A stretch of DNA of 64,000 bases. Origin: Eledone cirrhosa. Lineage: Eukaryota. Below the pieces are notes generated by a model. That model saw only the letters and a program-made list of their open reading frames with translations, was not told the origin of the DNA and did not search any database. The position numbers and the translations under genes are program-made. The stretch spans positions 171,492,001-171,556,000 of the forward strand of contig OZ024742.1 of NCBI GenBank assembly GCA_964016885.1, in the 5' to 3' direction. Below, one piece after another: positions 13,503-27,201 of the stretch (its first letter is position 1; each line of letters starts with the position of its first letter).

Positions 13503-14274
13503 CAGTATTGTATATTGCAAATATAAAGTAATATTTCATTGATTAAACTGATCCCTCAGTTTTTGGAAATTTTAGCGCCTTTACGGCAAGGGGTTATCGG
13601 CCACTAAATTCTTAAAACCTGATCAGATGAGAGTTACGTCCATTATCAAGTACTGTATTTTCGGTGACATAAGGGAAAAAGATATAACCATTTGCGGCCA
13701 GTTTGTCACAAAAATATACGCAAAAATAACATTACACACGGAACATTAGAACATTAGACATGAAATACATTTTGAGAAGCTGTTTAAGTGAAACCGGTTA
13801 AGTACAAAAACTATTCTTTTTGATGTGAAAAATGTGTTTTCGTTGTGTAATATACACATAGCATATATATAATAAAGAAATACACATTAGGTGCTTTTTA
13901 AAATCTTTATTATTATTTTTCCTATATATATATCATTACTGATACATATATATATGTGCACAGTTACAAATTCTTGCCAACCTAAACACACACATGCGTA
14001 TATATATATATATATATATATATACATACATGAATATGCACACAATTACATTGACTAATACATATATAGGAATATGCACATACATTCAGAAATATAATCA
14101 AAGAATTGAATTGGTACTTGTTTATTTACTAATGCTAAAACAATTGAAAGGAAGACATGCGACTGGAGATTCGAGTAATTTAATGTTATAAGAAGACATT
14201 TGCTAAAATACTTAAACTATTTTGAGAATAAGTGTATTTTATCGTATGGAAATCTGATAGAAAGCAATTTGTAG

Positions 14275-14458
14275 TAATAATTGTTTCCACTATTGTCACA
14301 AGGCCAGCAATTACCCAGTACATTAATGGTACTTTATTTTATCGACCCCGTAAGGAGGAAAGGCAAAGATAACCTCGGCGGGATTTGAATTCAGAATGGC
14401 AAGGGCCGTAACTCTATGCGCCAAAGCATGGCGTCCGACCCTCTACCGATACTGCCAG
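14275..14458 (-). mobile_element. tRNA-derived SINE family A, near full length
   Basis: A box TGGCAGTATCGG and B-box-like GAATTCAAATCC on the minus strand, with (ATT) tail. Confidence 0.9.
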
Positions 14459-15555
14459 AACACTAAACATATTACACATTAATCATTAAAGCGCACACAA
14501 AATATACAAAGGAACACAGAATGGAAAGGGCATCAGGCAATTTTGACGATGAGTGTTCCAGTTGTTTCATAGTTAGAATAGCTTGCTCATGAAATTAACG
14601 TGTACTTGATTGTGCATACCATAGGCCTATGCGATCTTAATATAATTCTGAAGGAGATTCAACGTGACCCGTTGTATGATTTGTTGACTTTCTGAATTTC
14701 ATGTACAGATATATTACATCTGAGGGATTATCAAATTGTGTCTCTCAACACCTTTTCACTAACGAGTCATTCATCGACGACAAGCTATGGTAAATGTTAC
14801 TTACCGTATATACCAAGCAATGCGATTGAACCCATACACTAATGATTACGAAATGAGCTCCTTAATACGGGATCTAATGATTACGAAGCGAATTCCTAAC
14901 GTTTGGATGGCAGTGTATTCTAATGATACGCCTTATTGTAATTCTCAGGGAGATTCAGTGTGACATATTGTGTAACGAGGGCAGCGTTTTTAGTTACAGG
15001 CAGTCAATCCAACTGACTTCGAAACAGCTTCCGTTTATCCAATTTTACACACAAAACATAGGTCGACCCGAAGCTATAGTAGATGACATTTGCCCATGCT
15101 GCATCCACAAATATACATTAACGATCAATCGAACACAAAATATATAAAGACACAGGAATGAAAGTTGCGAAAACAAAACATATTAACAGACATTAATCAG
15201 TACGGCGACTTGAAACTGAAAGAAATTATTGGTGAAATGTGGTTTAGATAATATAATGCGCTAAATTGATTGTTATTTTGTTATGTTATAGTTAATATTT
15301 GTTATTTACTCATTTATTTCGTTTATTTGTGTATTAGTTTCCTCCCTTTTAAGTTTTAAAGTCTATCTTGTTTTCTCCAAGAATCTGTCAATCCATATTA
15401 AGTGAGGAAACATCGTCTACACAACCCACTGTTACTTGTCTCTACCTAATTTGCTTTCAAATTGGAAAATGTCCAGATCTATCGATATACTTCATTGAAT
15501 TATATTTCTCCATTTAGCATGAATTGAAAAACAAAATACATTACGTTATCTTTGC

Positions 15556-15608
<53 letters not shown>

Positions 15609-15673
15609 TATATATATGTATATATATATAGACGTATATTTAATCATGCACCTCTATCTGTTTATATAATAAC

Positions 15674-15787
<114 letters not shown>

Positions 15788-15966
15788 TGTTTCTACTTTA
15801 GGCACAAGGCCACCAATTACCCAGTGCATTACTGGTACTTTATTTTATCGACCCCGTAAGGATGAAAGGCAAAGTCAACCTCGGCGGGATTTGAACTCAG
15901 ATCGTAAAGGGACGTAACTATGCTGGAAAGCATGGCGTCCGACCCTCTCCCGATACTGCCAATCCA
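15788..15966 (-). mobile_element. tRNA-derived SINE family A
   Basis: Full family body with A and B boxes. Its 3' end runs into the (TAA)n tract. Confidence 0.9.
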
Positions 15967-16372
15967 CATGGTGGTTTTGGACAAGGAAAAAAGATCGTGC
16001 CTGGTTGTGGATGTGGCCTGCCCATTCGACACGAGAGTGCAAGAGAAGGAGAAGGAGAAAATTAACCAGGACTTAAAGTGGGAGGTAAAAAGGATTTGGA
16101 ACTGCCATGAAGTCAAAGTGGTCCCGATTGTCATAGGCGCACTAGGTACTATCTCAAAAAGTTTTCAGGGATGGTTAAAGAAAATTGGCCCCTGCCACGC
16201 TTTTTGGAACGCTTCAAAAGGCATGCTTGCTGGGAACAGCAAGAACCCTCCAATACGTCCTGAATATCTGAGGCTGCAGGTAGTGACTTGATATTCATTT
16301 CAACAAACTTTCCAGTCAACTAACATCAATGACTGAGACTCAAAGAACAATAACAATAATAATAATAATAAT
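15967..16372 (+). mobile_element. 3' end of an RLE-endonuclease non-LTR retrotransposon (R4/Dong-like)
   Basis: MVVLDKEKRSCLVVDVACPFD...EKEKEKI..DLKWEVKRIW...VVPIVIGALG, then after a frameshift LQKACLLGTARTL. The 3' UTR ends in (TAA)n, the known Dong target. Confidence 0.8.
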
Positions 16373-16569
16373 TGCAGTGAGACTATATTTATAAGCCAAA
16401 TAGTAACATGAGATTACATCGCTCTCAATTTCATCATTGCTTTTCCATATTATAAAATAAGTAACTCTCTTTACACATACACGAACACATCTATCTATGT
16501 ATCTGTCTATCTATGCATCTACCTATCTATCTATCTCTCTATCTATGTATCTGTCTATCTATCTGTCTG

Positions 16570-16642
<73 letters not shown>

Positions 16643-16702
16643 ATATATATATATACAGTATTTTCCGTTATATAAAATGTCCATTCATAACCTACACACA
16701 CA

Positions 16703-16786
<84 letters not shown>

Positions 16787-16793
<7 letters not shown>

Positions 16794-16993
16794 AACAAGT
16801 AGGACCCCGACGGCTGAGCTCAAGCCGTTTCGACGGCTAATTCTGGACTAAAAAAAAAAAAAATTAGCCGTCGAAACGGCTTGAGCTCAGCCGTCGGGGT
16901 CCTACTCGTTCCTATTACCCACTCTACTACCCTAAGTATTGAGTACTGTGGTGCGTTATGGTCCATCTGGTTCCTTACCACATTTCCTTCGTT
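16787..16993 (+). mobile_element. (TA)n-embedded short element family B with inverted partial copy and the 3' half of a hammerhead
   Basis: 16787-16842 is the reverse complement of 16862-16916. GAAAC-ggct-tgagctc-agcc-GTC forms stem III. Homologues at 49236-49372 and 20815-20965. Confidence 0.8.
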
Positions 16994-17085
16994 ATATATA
17001 TAAATATATATATATAAAAACAAATAACGAAACGAAATTAAATTTCGTTTCGTTTGTAACTCACTTTTGTATGACTGACGCTTAA

Positions 17086-17523
17086 ACAATTAAGTTAAAA
17101 GTGTACATCCACATATGTATACTGAAATACTAGTATGCATATAAATACACACACGTATACATATGTACATGTACCGAGTTTTTCACTGGACACTTTACTG
17201 TGAGTGTCTAGCTAGTCTGTATGTAACCAAACAGACAAACCGGGTTTTAGAGTCATACGGGTTTTCAAGGAAACACCTTTCCTCTATTCTCCAGAGAGCC
17301 AGACAGGAATATTGGACTAGTTTCGAGGAAAGGTGTTTCCTTGAAAACCCGTATGACTCTAAAACCTGGTTTGTCTGTTTGGTTACATACAGACTAGCTA
17401 GACACTCACAGTAAAGTGTCCAGTGAAAAACTCGGTACATGTACATATGTATACGTGTGTGTATTTATATGCATACTAGTATTTCAGTATACATATGTGG
17501 ATGTACACTTTTAACTTAATTGT
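17086..17523. repeat. Near-perfect palindrome with 199-bp arms and a 40-bp spacer
   Basis: 17086-17284 is the reverse complement of 17325-17523, with one mismatch seen. It ends in a TA tract. Confidence 0.95.
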
Positions 17524-17581
17524 ATATATATATATATAAATATATATATAAATATATATATATAAATATATATATAAATAT

Positions 17582-17667
<86 letters not shown>

Positions 17668-17818
17668 TGTGTGTGTGTAGGTTATGAATGGACATTTTAT
17701 ATTAAAGTATTCATAATATACCCAAACATTAACTGAAATAGTACACCATACATGAAAACAGACTATAAAATTCATTCCGCGAACAAACGTGTAGCGATGA
17801 CTTCAAATATTCAGCAGT

Positions 17819-17991
<173 letters not shown>

Positions 17992-18534
17992 TGTTTATAC
18001 AGATTTCATTAAAATCATGTAATCAAATGCTACTTACTTATGTACATGTTGCACAGTCGAAAGACTTCATTCCGAATTAGATTAAAAATATTCAAGGAAT
18101 GTGTGTGTATAATCAAACCGAATATGTAGTTAAAGAAAATACGGCGATAAGGTCGTTGCTATGTCAATGCCCAACATGATAAATATAACAGTTAAATCAC
18201 ATTCAAATTAACCATGCTGCCATCCACAGTCATAACATACCATAGGATATAGTGGATACCGTTATGTTGTAATTTCCCTTGATACATGGAGGTGAAGGCG
18301 AAGAATGTTAACAAAGGATTCAATAAATAATTCAACAGTTAACTATTTAATCCTTTCACCGTCCAGCCTCTATATAAATAGTAGAACACACCTAGATCAT
18401 TTTAACATGAACGAAATGCTTTTGCTCATAAATCTGCCTGATAAGAGCTCATTTGCGGCTAAACAGAAATATCGTCAAGAATAATAAAAACAACTACATT
18501 AACAGCAACATCGACAAAAACTGCATGAATATTG

Positions 18535-18607
18535 ACCAGACCTACAATAATACCAGACCTACAATAATACAAGACCTACAATAATACCAGACCTACAATA
18601 ATACCAG
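18535..18607. repeat. 17-bp minisatellite (accagacctacaataat) x4
   Basis: Four near-identical tandem units. Confidence 0.9.
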
Positions 18608-20604
18608 CAATATTAATGATAATAAAATTGACAACAATAGCAACTAAAGCACTTCGACAACAAAACCAACACTGTAGATAAAAACATGTATAAAATGGAA
18701 AACAATAACAACACAAAAAGCAACAGCAGCAATATTAACAACAATAAGGACGGCAACAAAAAGCACTTTCAGAGATACACCATATTTTTCAATCCCCACC
18801 TAAATTATGATGATTATCTCTTTGTTGGGGTGCTATTTGCAATGCCTAAAATTAGAACGCAGTTATTTATTAGAAATATTTTCTAAAATTCTCTGTTTGC
18901 ATGTCTGATAAATATTTTCCAACACAATATTTCCATACAGCTACTTGATTTATTGCATGCCAGTGGAGTTTTCCTAATCCATAAATATCCGTTAGATTAT
19001 CAGAGATTGCTTGTTCTGTCATCTAAAATAGATATAAGTTACTCCCCTATAATTGCTGGTTTTGGTGATTGATAGTTTTTAAACAACGAATAACAGTCGT
19101 TATATTCCTACGTTGCTTTCACAGAATTAACGATCCACAACCTACACCAGCATTGAAATAGTTATAATTTACGTTCGTTAAGTCAACACACCAAATGTAG
19201 TGTGGGTAAAATATTCAATCAATCAACAAATGTTTCTGCGGTGAGATAGAAAAAATAAATCATTAGCTAAATGATCGACTCAGGTAGCCATCTTTTGTCT
19301 GTTGCTATTAAATTCCTATCGGAATGAAACTCCGTCGATGTCGACGATGCGTATTCCATGTGTTCCAATAATGCAACAGCCATCCCATGAATTTAACATG
19401 TAAGTGAAATGCTCAGAGAGATTCAAATTGAGTGACAAAGCTGGCTCTTTGGATTGTATGCACAGACCAGCCACCTGGTTTCCAAAGAGTATCAGTTTAT
19501 ATAGTTTCACTGAGAAGGCATGAGAGTTCTTGGGGCTATGCTGAATGACCCTTCCACGTAGTAGAATCGAATCTGGGACATAATGATTACAAACCGAAAT
19601 CCGCAAAACATTCGGCCATGATATGTCTACACTCCTGTTTATAAGCCATATTTAGATACGGTAGTAAATGCACAGAGGCGATTGTGCATCGGAAGAAGTG
19701 GTTTGTGCTTATTTATTACAGTTATTTCCCTCTTGATTTGCAAAGGAATTGAGGCCTAAATTTACTTGATACCATTTGTGGATCAATAAATAAAAGTACC
19801 AGACTAGAAGCGGTGATGCAGCCGTTTGCATTCCGAGTTTTATATTCAAATCCCGACATCGCCGTGCAGGTAGTCACTGTCGAAGGGAATGGAAATCCAA
19901 CCTGTAAAATCCACTAGTTAACTATAATAGTCAACCAGCTTAGAACAATCTATCTCCGATGATATAGACACCAAATAGACACCAAATCTATCTATTTGAT
20001 AGAAAGAACAATGTAGTTCATATAGCACACATCCACTGAGAACGAATTAAATAGGGATTTGGTTGCTTATGAGTCCTTGCCGAATGTCAATGGTAAACAT
20101 ATTAAATGACTGACTGCAAAGTCCATCTGGCCTTCAACTAGGTACCACTGTTATTAGCCTGGATAACTCTTTAGGAGTAGAATTTCTGTTATTTTGAGAG
20201 ACGAAACTATGAAAAAATTCATCCGAAATCCAGGATGGGCTTTTAATATAAACGAGACATTTGCCATTTACCAGTACTAAGTTCAGTTTGTCCCGGAATC
20301 AAACATATTGATCTATGATAATTTAGAGTGGCCCGGTTGATTGAATTTCAAACTGTCTGTGAGTTAAAAGAGTCCACTTCACAGAATTGTTGTTTCGGGA
20401 CCAATCGTTTTATTGTACTTTGCACATTTGTGTCTCACGAAGGAGGAACGATTTGTGAATGAAATTTGATAGGCAGTAAATATAAAAATAACAGTAAACA
20501 CAGTCACCTAAACCCATATATATATATGTCAACTCTGGATGTCGGTGAGCATGTCCAGCCAACCTCAGTCTCCTCTGTGTCATTTTTGAGCTGACTTTTG
20601 GGAT

Positions 20605-20815
20605 GCTCCCATACAGCTCTGAGTTTGGGAGCCCCTACATGGACACACTAGAAGAGGAAGACCAAGGTTAACGTATGTTAATGCCCTAAGGACAGACACT
20701 GGTCTGTTGGAGATGCAGGACATGGCAGCGATAATGAGGGACAGAGACCGCTGGAGAGAACTCGTCCATGGATCTCGGGAATTTTACCCGCCTTAGATAG
20801 ATAGATAGATAGATA
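20605..20815 (+). mobile_element. 3' end of an RTE-clade LINE with (TAGA)n tail
   Basis: Reads VWEPLHGHTRRGRPRLTYVNALRTDTG...MRDRDRWRELV followed by tagatagataga. Confidence 0.75.
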
Positions 20816-20965
20816 TATAACAAACAGGGTGTGGTAGGATACTAGGTGGACCGTAACGCACCAGAGTACTCGATACTTGGGGTAGTAGAATGAGTAATAT
20901 GAAAAGATTCAGGATCCCGACGGCTGACTGAGCTCCGGCCGTTTCGACAGCTAGATCCGAACTAA
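20815..20965 (-). mobile_element. Diverged copy of element family B
   Basis: Colinear similarity to 16862-16993 (ggaccgtaacgcacc...gtagtagaatgagtaat...cgacggctg...ccgtttcgac). Confidence 0.75.
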
Positions 20966-21167
20966 GCCATATAAGAACGGCGGGAATATAGCTGAACTTA
21001 TCAATGGGTACAATCCATATATGGGCATGCAGTCAAAGCAAAAAAGGCAACACAAAAAATATAATATGGGTTGAGGTGACTGTATTGACCATTATGTTTA
21101 CAGTTATGTATGTTGGAAAATATGAAGACATGGTTCTACATTTCCATACTTGAATTTATTAAATAAC

Positions 21168-21233
21168 GACCGATATGCACATTTCAAAGGCGTTAGACAA
21201 ATTTTCGTCAGTCTAACGACATCATCAGGCGGG
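21168..21233 (-). ncRNA. Minimal type I hammerhead ribozyme motif
   Basis: ccgc-CTGATGA-tgt-CGTTAGAC...GTCTAACG-cctt t-GAAAT-gtgc-ATA-tcgg, then AATAAA. Stem II is 8 bp. Confidence 0.7.
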
Positions 21234-22296
21234 AATTAATAATATATGTGACTGCGGAACATGAAATGATGTAGATTGTCCAAAATTCGATCAGCAAATT
21301 CGGTTTACCCACACACAGACACACAAATACACACCCACCCACACACTCATACACACACGCACATACAGAAACATTACACACACAGATATATGAATCTATA
21401 TGGTCAGTTTCTGTTTATCCAGCCCGGGGCTATAGAAGATATTTGCAATATGAGTGAACCAGAAACCACATGGGTGCGAAGCGAACTTCTTAACCACATA
21501 GCTATATATCTCTGCTTATAATAGTTATGTTCATTGTTGGCACGATTAGGCCATTGAATGAATGAATATACGTTGTTAGCAGACTAAAAATACAACGATT
21601 GAAACTTCTAAAGATGGCAGAACATGTTTGAAAATACATCTGCTTCGGCAAGTAATTCGGAACGGATGTACATTAGTCTATTTTCAATCTCTAACCAACC
21701 AGCAGGAGGTTTTAATAACATTAATAAATTTGATTATAGATATTTAATGATGCTTCCAATGTTACCAGCATTGGCTAAAAATTGATGAACTTTTAGCTTT
21801 AATAAAAAGTCTATTAAATGTAGAGAGGAAATTATTTTCTTCAGAAATCCTCACTCTGTTCTTCCTCTCTCAAAATATCAGCATTTTCCATCCAAAGTCA
21901 TTATATTTACTTTAATTATTTTACGCATTTCTTTCATTTTTCTGTTATATGATAGTTAAATATTCTTACTATTTTCTTTCTTTATTTTTTTTTAATTTGT
22001 TATTCTATTCTCCATATTTTTATTTTATTCTTCGGGAAAAAATAAATTGACTAGTTAATCAAGACTGAAATTAATATCCAGCTTAGAATATACAATAGAT
22101 AAATAAATAAATAACAATAAAAGCACGAAGAGATAAACAAACAAAGAAACGACTACATACAACTATTTGAATAAAATGTTATAAATTAAAAACAATTGTT
22201 TTTTTCTTTTCTGAAGAGGAAGTTTTAATAAAGAAAATGCCATCACATCGTTTAGATATTTTACATTCGATAAAGACATTAATACGCATACGTGTG

Positions 22297-22627
<331 letters not shown>

Positions 22628-23289
22628 TGCTTGAGTCTGAGTGTGCATTCATGTATGAGTAAGTGAATTTGTATGCTTATATATATGTATATGTGAGTGT
22701 GAGTGTGTGTGTGTGTGTGTGAGGGAGAGAGACGTTGGGGAAGATAATCTTCAGTTTAAAATCTAACAACAAGATTCACTATTGAATAATAATAGTAACG
22801 AGGATTGTCTGAATAACAGTGAAGTTGATCTGACGTATTCACCTTTGTATGTAGAAAGACAAAAGGTAAAGAAATTCAATTACTCATTAAAGATATCTGA
22901 AGAGTAAAAGTAGTTTTGTTTTGTTACCAGAGATGAAACTGGAAAACAATACGGAAAAAAAAATGTATTCGAGATATTTTTCATTCAAATTTAAAACACA
23001 ATATAATAGAAATAATCGGCTCTTCTATAACAATTCTATATGGTTATCATATTAAATAGATTAACATTTCTCTTGCATTTTCTCTGCATCTAAGGAAAAA
23101 TCTAAAAGAATCCAGTTCTCTCCATTTTAAATATAGTTGATAAAGCAAACCAAATGCGCTAGTCCAGCATACGATTGGTGTGTATTTCGATTCCGGGTGA
23201 GTGAATCTGTCTGCTTTTACCTCATTTCTATGGGTGTATATGCTAGGCGTGTATCTCTTGTGACGCTAAATTCCGCCAGTTGCAGACTG

Positions 23290-23800
23290 CGCATAAACAT
23301 GTGATATCTCTCTCCACAAAGTTCGATTACCAACAGAAGAGTTCAAAGAGCAAAGATCAAGTCCAGTCCATAAGTTGACATTGTCAAGCAATCGTTTTGG
23401 CTGCCAGTCTTTGCTTCTCTTACCAGTCAACCTTCCTTACATACATAACCTACTCACACCACGAGTTGATCTTTTTATATGGCCGAATAGTTTGAGTACT
23501 CTTGACTTGATGTAATTGCTCTAAGTTTGATAATGTTGAGCAACTCATTGATACAGATACAGTCGCTGAGCCGCTTGCCAGTTATAAGTCTTATGATGTG
23601 GTTCTGGAATGTAGAGAGCTTCTGAAGTGACCTTGTCATCCAATTAACACAGTCAAGACCATATAACACAACTGGTAGGATGTAAGTATCAAATATCTTA
23701 GCCTTCAAATGGTAGGAAACTCGTTTTGATCTTAGTACTTCCTTGTTCTTGTTGAAAGCTGCCCAACCTAGAGCGATTCGATATTGCGCAGCAACCATTC
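23290..23800 (-). mobile_element. RTE-clade LINE 3' ORF fragment
   Basis: RIALGWAAF...KAKIFDTYILPVVLYGLD..W...LSTFQNHIIRLI, then LFGHIKR...GKRS...LWREI. This is the post-RT domain typical of RTE elements. Confidence 0.8.
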
Positions 23801-24117
23801 TGGCAGTGTATCATGTTCGACTAATTAGCACCTATAGCAGCATACTTTTATATTTAAGAGATACACAATAGGTGTCGGCTATTCGACGAGGATTGGTTGA
23901 AATGTTCATAGGCTGACTACAACGGAGTGATGCTAGGGCTTTGAAATCTTGCAAGCATTAATTTCAATTCTTCATATTAATAACTGTAGTCTTTCTTTCC
24001 AGAGACTATTTTGAAAAATAAGCCTCATTTGGTCATTTCATGAGAATATCTTGATCACCATATGAACTGTTTAGTCTACACTCGAATAACAATTTTATAT
24101 GTTTTATAATGTTAAAT

Positions 24118-24310
24118 CATTGTTTCTACTTTTAGCACAAAGCCAAAAGTTATCCCAGTGCATTACTGGTACTTTATTTTATCGACCGCGACAGGATGAA
24201 AGGCAAAGCTAATCTCGGTGAGATTTGAACGCAGACCGTAAAGGAGGGTAAATCTATGCTGCAAAGCATGATGTCCGACCCGCTACCGATACTGCTAATC
24301 CACCACCCTT
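24118..24310 (-). mobile_element. tRNA-derived SINE family A
   Basis: Full-length family body. Confidence 0.85.
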
Positions 24311-24742
24311 AATATAATATGAAATAATGTGCGTTTATTCTTCAAATTTAAAAGAAATATGTAAGAATCCAGATTACTAATCTTTAAATATAGTTAATAA
24401 ATGAACTAAGTTGGTATTTGTGTGACGCGTTGGTCGAATCTTTGTACGTGTCTCATTTCGTATTTTTCCGTATCTTGGGGTACGCTACCCGATTTTACAA
24501 TAGATATCATTTATCATTATTGTTGCTTGCAGAATAACGAATATACTTTTGAAATTTCAAAGTTTCCTGTTTTCTGTTCATTAAATTTTATGTTGCAATT
24601 TTCGTCTACCACATTCTAATTACGAGGCAATGGTAACCTCCGTGGTTACGATATAATGAACTTGCCCAAAGTACCACGGAGTAGAGTGGGGGGAACACGA
24701 AACTTAGCGGATGTGAAGAGAGCTTTTAAACCACACATCCAT

Positions 24743-25195
<453 letters not shown>

Positions 25196-26453
25196 GCGTG
25201 CGTATATATGCATGTTTGTATGTACGTGTGGATACTACTTTGATCGTTCTATAGATCTGAAGACAGCTTACAACTAGTAGATGTTGAAACAACAGTTGTC
25301 TAGATTATCAGAAAAAGTAGAGCCCGATAGATATTTGTTTTACTGGTCACAACCAATAGGTTTCGATTTTCGATTTTATTATATATCAGTAGCCTGTAGA
25401 TGCTAACTTCTATCAAAAGGAATCGATGACATGTTGACAGTTTGCGGTGATTACTTTCAACAATAGACCAATTATATTGATCTTAATGATTCAGACATCT
25501 TAAAAGATCAAATTTATATTCTTAAAACTGAAGGATGCTTAGAAAATCAGTTTTTAGCCAGACGCAAGTGAAAACCTTTATAAAATCATATAACGTGTTA
25601 TAAAATCACATAAAGCGTTGCTGTGAAGGCGCATAACGTTTTGAGATCACAATCATGAATCAGGAAGGTGGAACATTTCATTCTCAGATTAAGGGGAGCG
25701 TTGTTCTTGCCCAAAACACTCGATTTCAACTTCCTCAAGATCACTAATCTTAAAAGAGCCATTTTCATGTTGGTCTCTCATATTTTCAGAACATTTCCCC
25801 CGTAAATCATAATACTAAGGTTGCCATTCAGCGAATGAAATGTGACCTTATAAGACTTATCTAAAGCGAATATTACATATATTTGATATCTCCTTATTAT
25901 TTTCTTTGTCTCTGCCATTAGAATATAGTTATACTAGACCAGAACCTGATAAGGGATTCTAGTCTACAATATCCATAATATTTTGCAATTGTTTCAATGT
26001 TTTCGACCCGCTAAGCCATACGACATAACGACAAACATAATAAATATAGAGACCAGAATTACGTGCAGCAGCGAGGCGACTATGATTGCTCCCCGCTTGG
26101 GAATTCCACATGCGTGAAAAAATTAAAGAAGAACATTTGCATTTGAAAAGAATGTTCTAGCCTTGAAATATTTTGTTGAAATATGTTTGCTTTATTTGTC
26201 ATCATTTTACCTAACACCACCTTTATATGTCACTGTGAAGGCGCGTGTCTGAGTGTGTGTGGTTTTGAGTTCTATTCCCGGACAGGGGGATGCGTTGTGT
26301 CCTTGAGCAAGACATATTATTTCACGTTGCTCCGTCTACCTGGATTTGCGAACGATAGATAGTATTAGTAATTGGAAAGACCAATGGAAACCTTGTCTCC
26401 TCTGTCGATTTGAGGAAAGTCGATCGACAATCTTTCTCTTTCTCTCTCTCTGC

Positions 26454-26484
<31 letters not shown>

Positions 26485-26514
26485 CCTATATATAAACACA
26501 CACACAGACACACA

Positions 26515-26604
<90 letters not shown>

Positions 26605-26729
26605 CGCACACACACATATATATATACATATATATATATATTTTTTTTTTACCGCATTCTAACGGCTTTGTGAAGTTCTCATCGTATTAACTATACTGAT
26701 ATAAAATTAAATAGAAAACATGAATGGAA

Positions 26730-27118
26730 TAGCACATCACAACTTACAATTAAGGACACAATGAAAAACCCACACACTTAGAACAAACAACCAACCAGTA
26801 ACATGTAAATAAACAAATAAATAAACAAATACAAACAAATAAAAACACACACAGACACCCGGATGTAACACATGAGCAAACTAAGCACACAACATACACA
26901 CAAACAAGATGGCGTAGGATAGAACACAGGAGAGGCACAAAACAAAGAAAAGAATCTCCAGTCACTGAAGAGGTTTCAGAATGTGTGACGAAAGAACTTA
27001 CACAATATATGAACAACCGTCCGACCAGAAGTTTATAAATTTTTAAATTTATAATAAATTGCCGTGAAAGCAACTGGTGCGTGTGTTTCTTATTGGCAAC
27101 ATGACCCTCCCAAAGTAT

Positions 27119-27124
<6 letters not shown>
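26730..27124 (+). mobile_element. Hammerhead element family C, single copy ending in (TA)n
   Basis: Homologous to 50144-50902. gtca-CTGAAGA...GAAAG-aa-CTT at 26961-27003. Ends cccaaagtataacaat(at)n. Confidence 0.85.

Positions 27125-27201
<77 letters not shown>

Noticed and set aside
17163-17446. Mirror-image 83-aa ORFs on both strands
   Set aside because: By-product of the DNA palindrome.
18535-18607. Short direct repeats as a CRISPR-like array
   Set aside because: No spacers, eukaryotic context. It is a plain minisatellite.
19316-19606. 96-aa ORF as a host exon
   Set aside because: It overlaps a decayed copy of the second SINE family and has no protein motif.
25345-25400. Hammerhead-like CTGATAT...GAAAC on the minus strand
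   Set aside because: Core and stems too degenerate to distinguish from chance.
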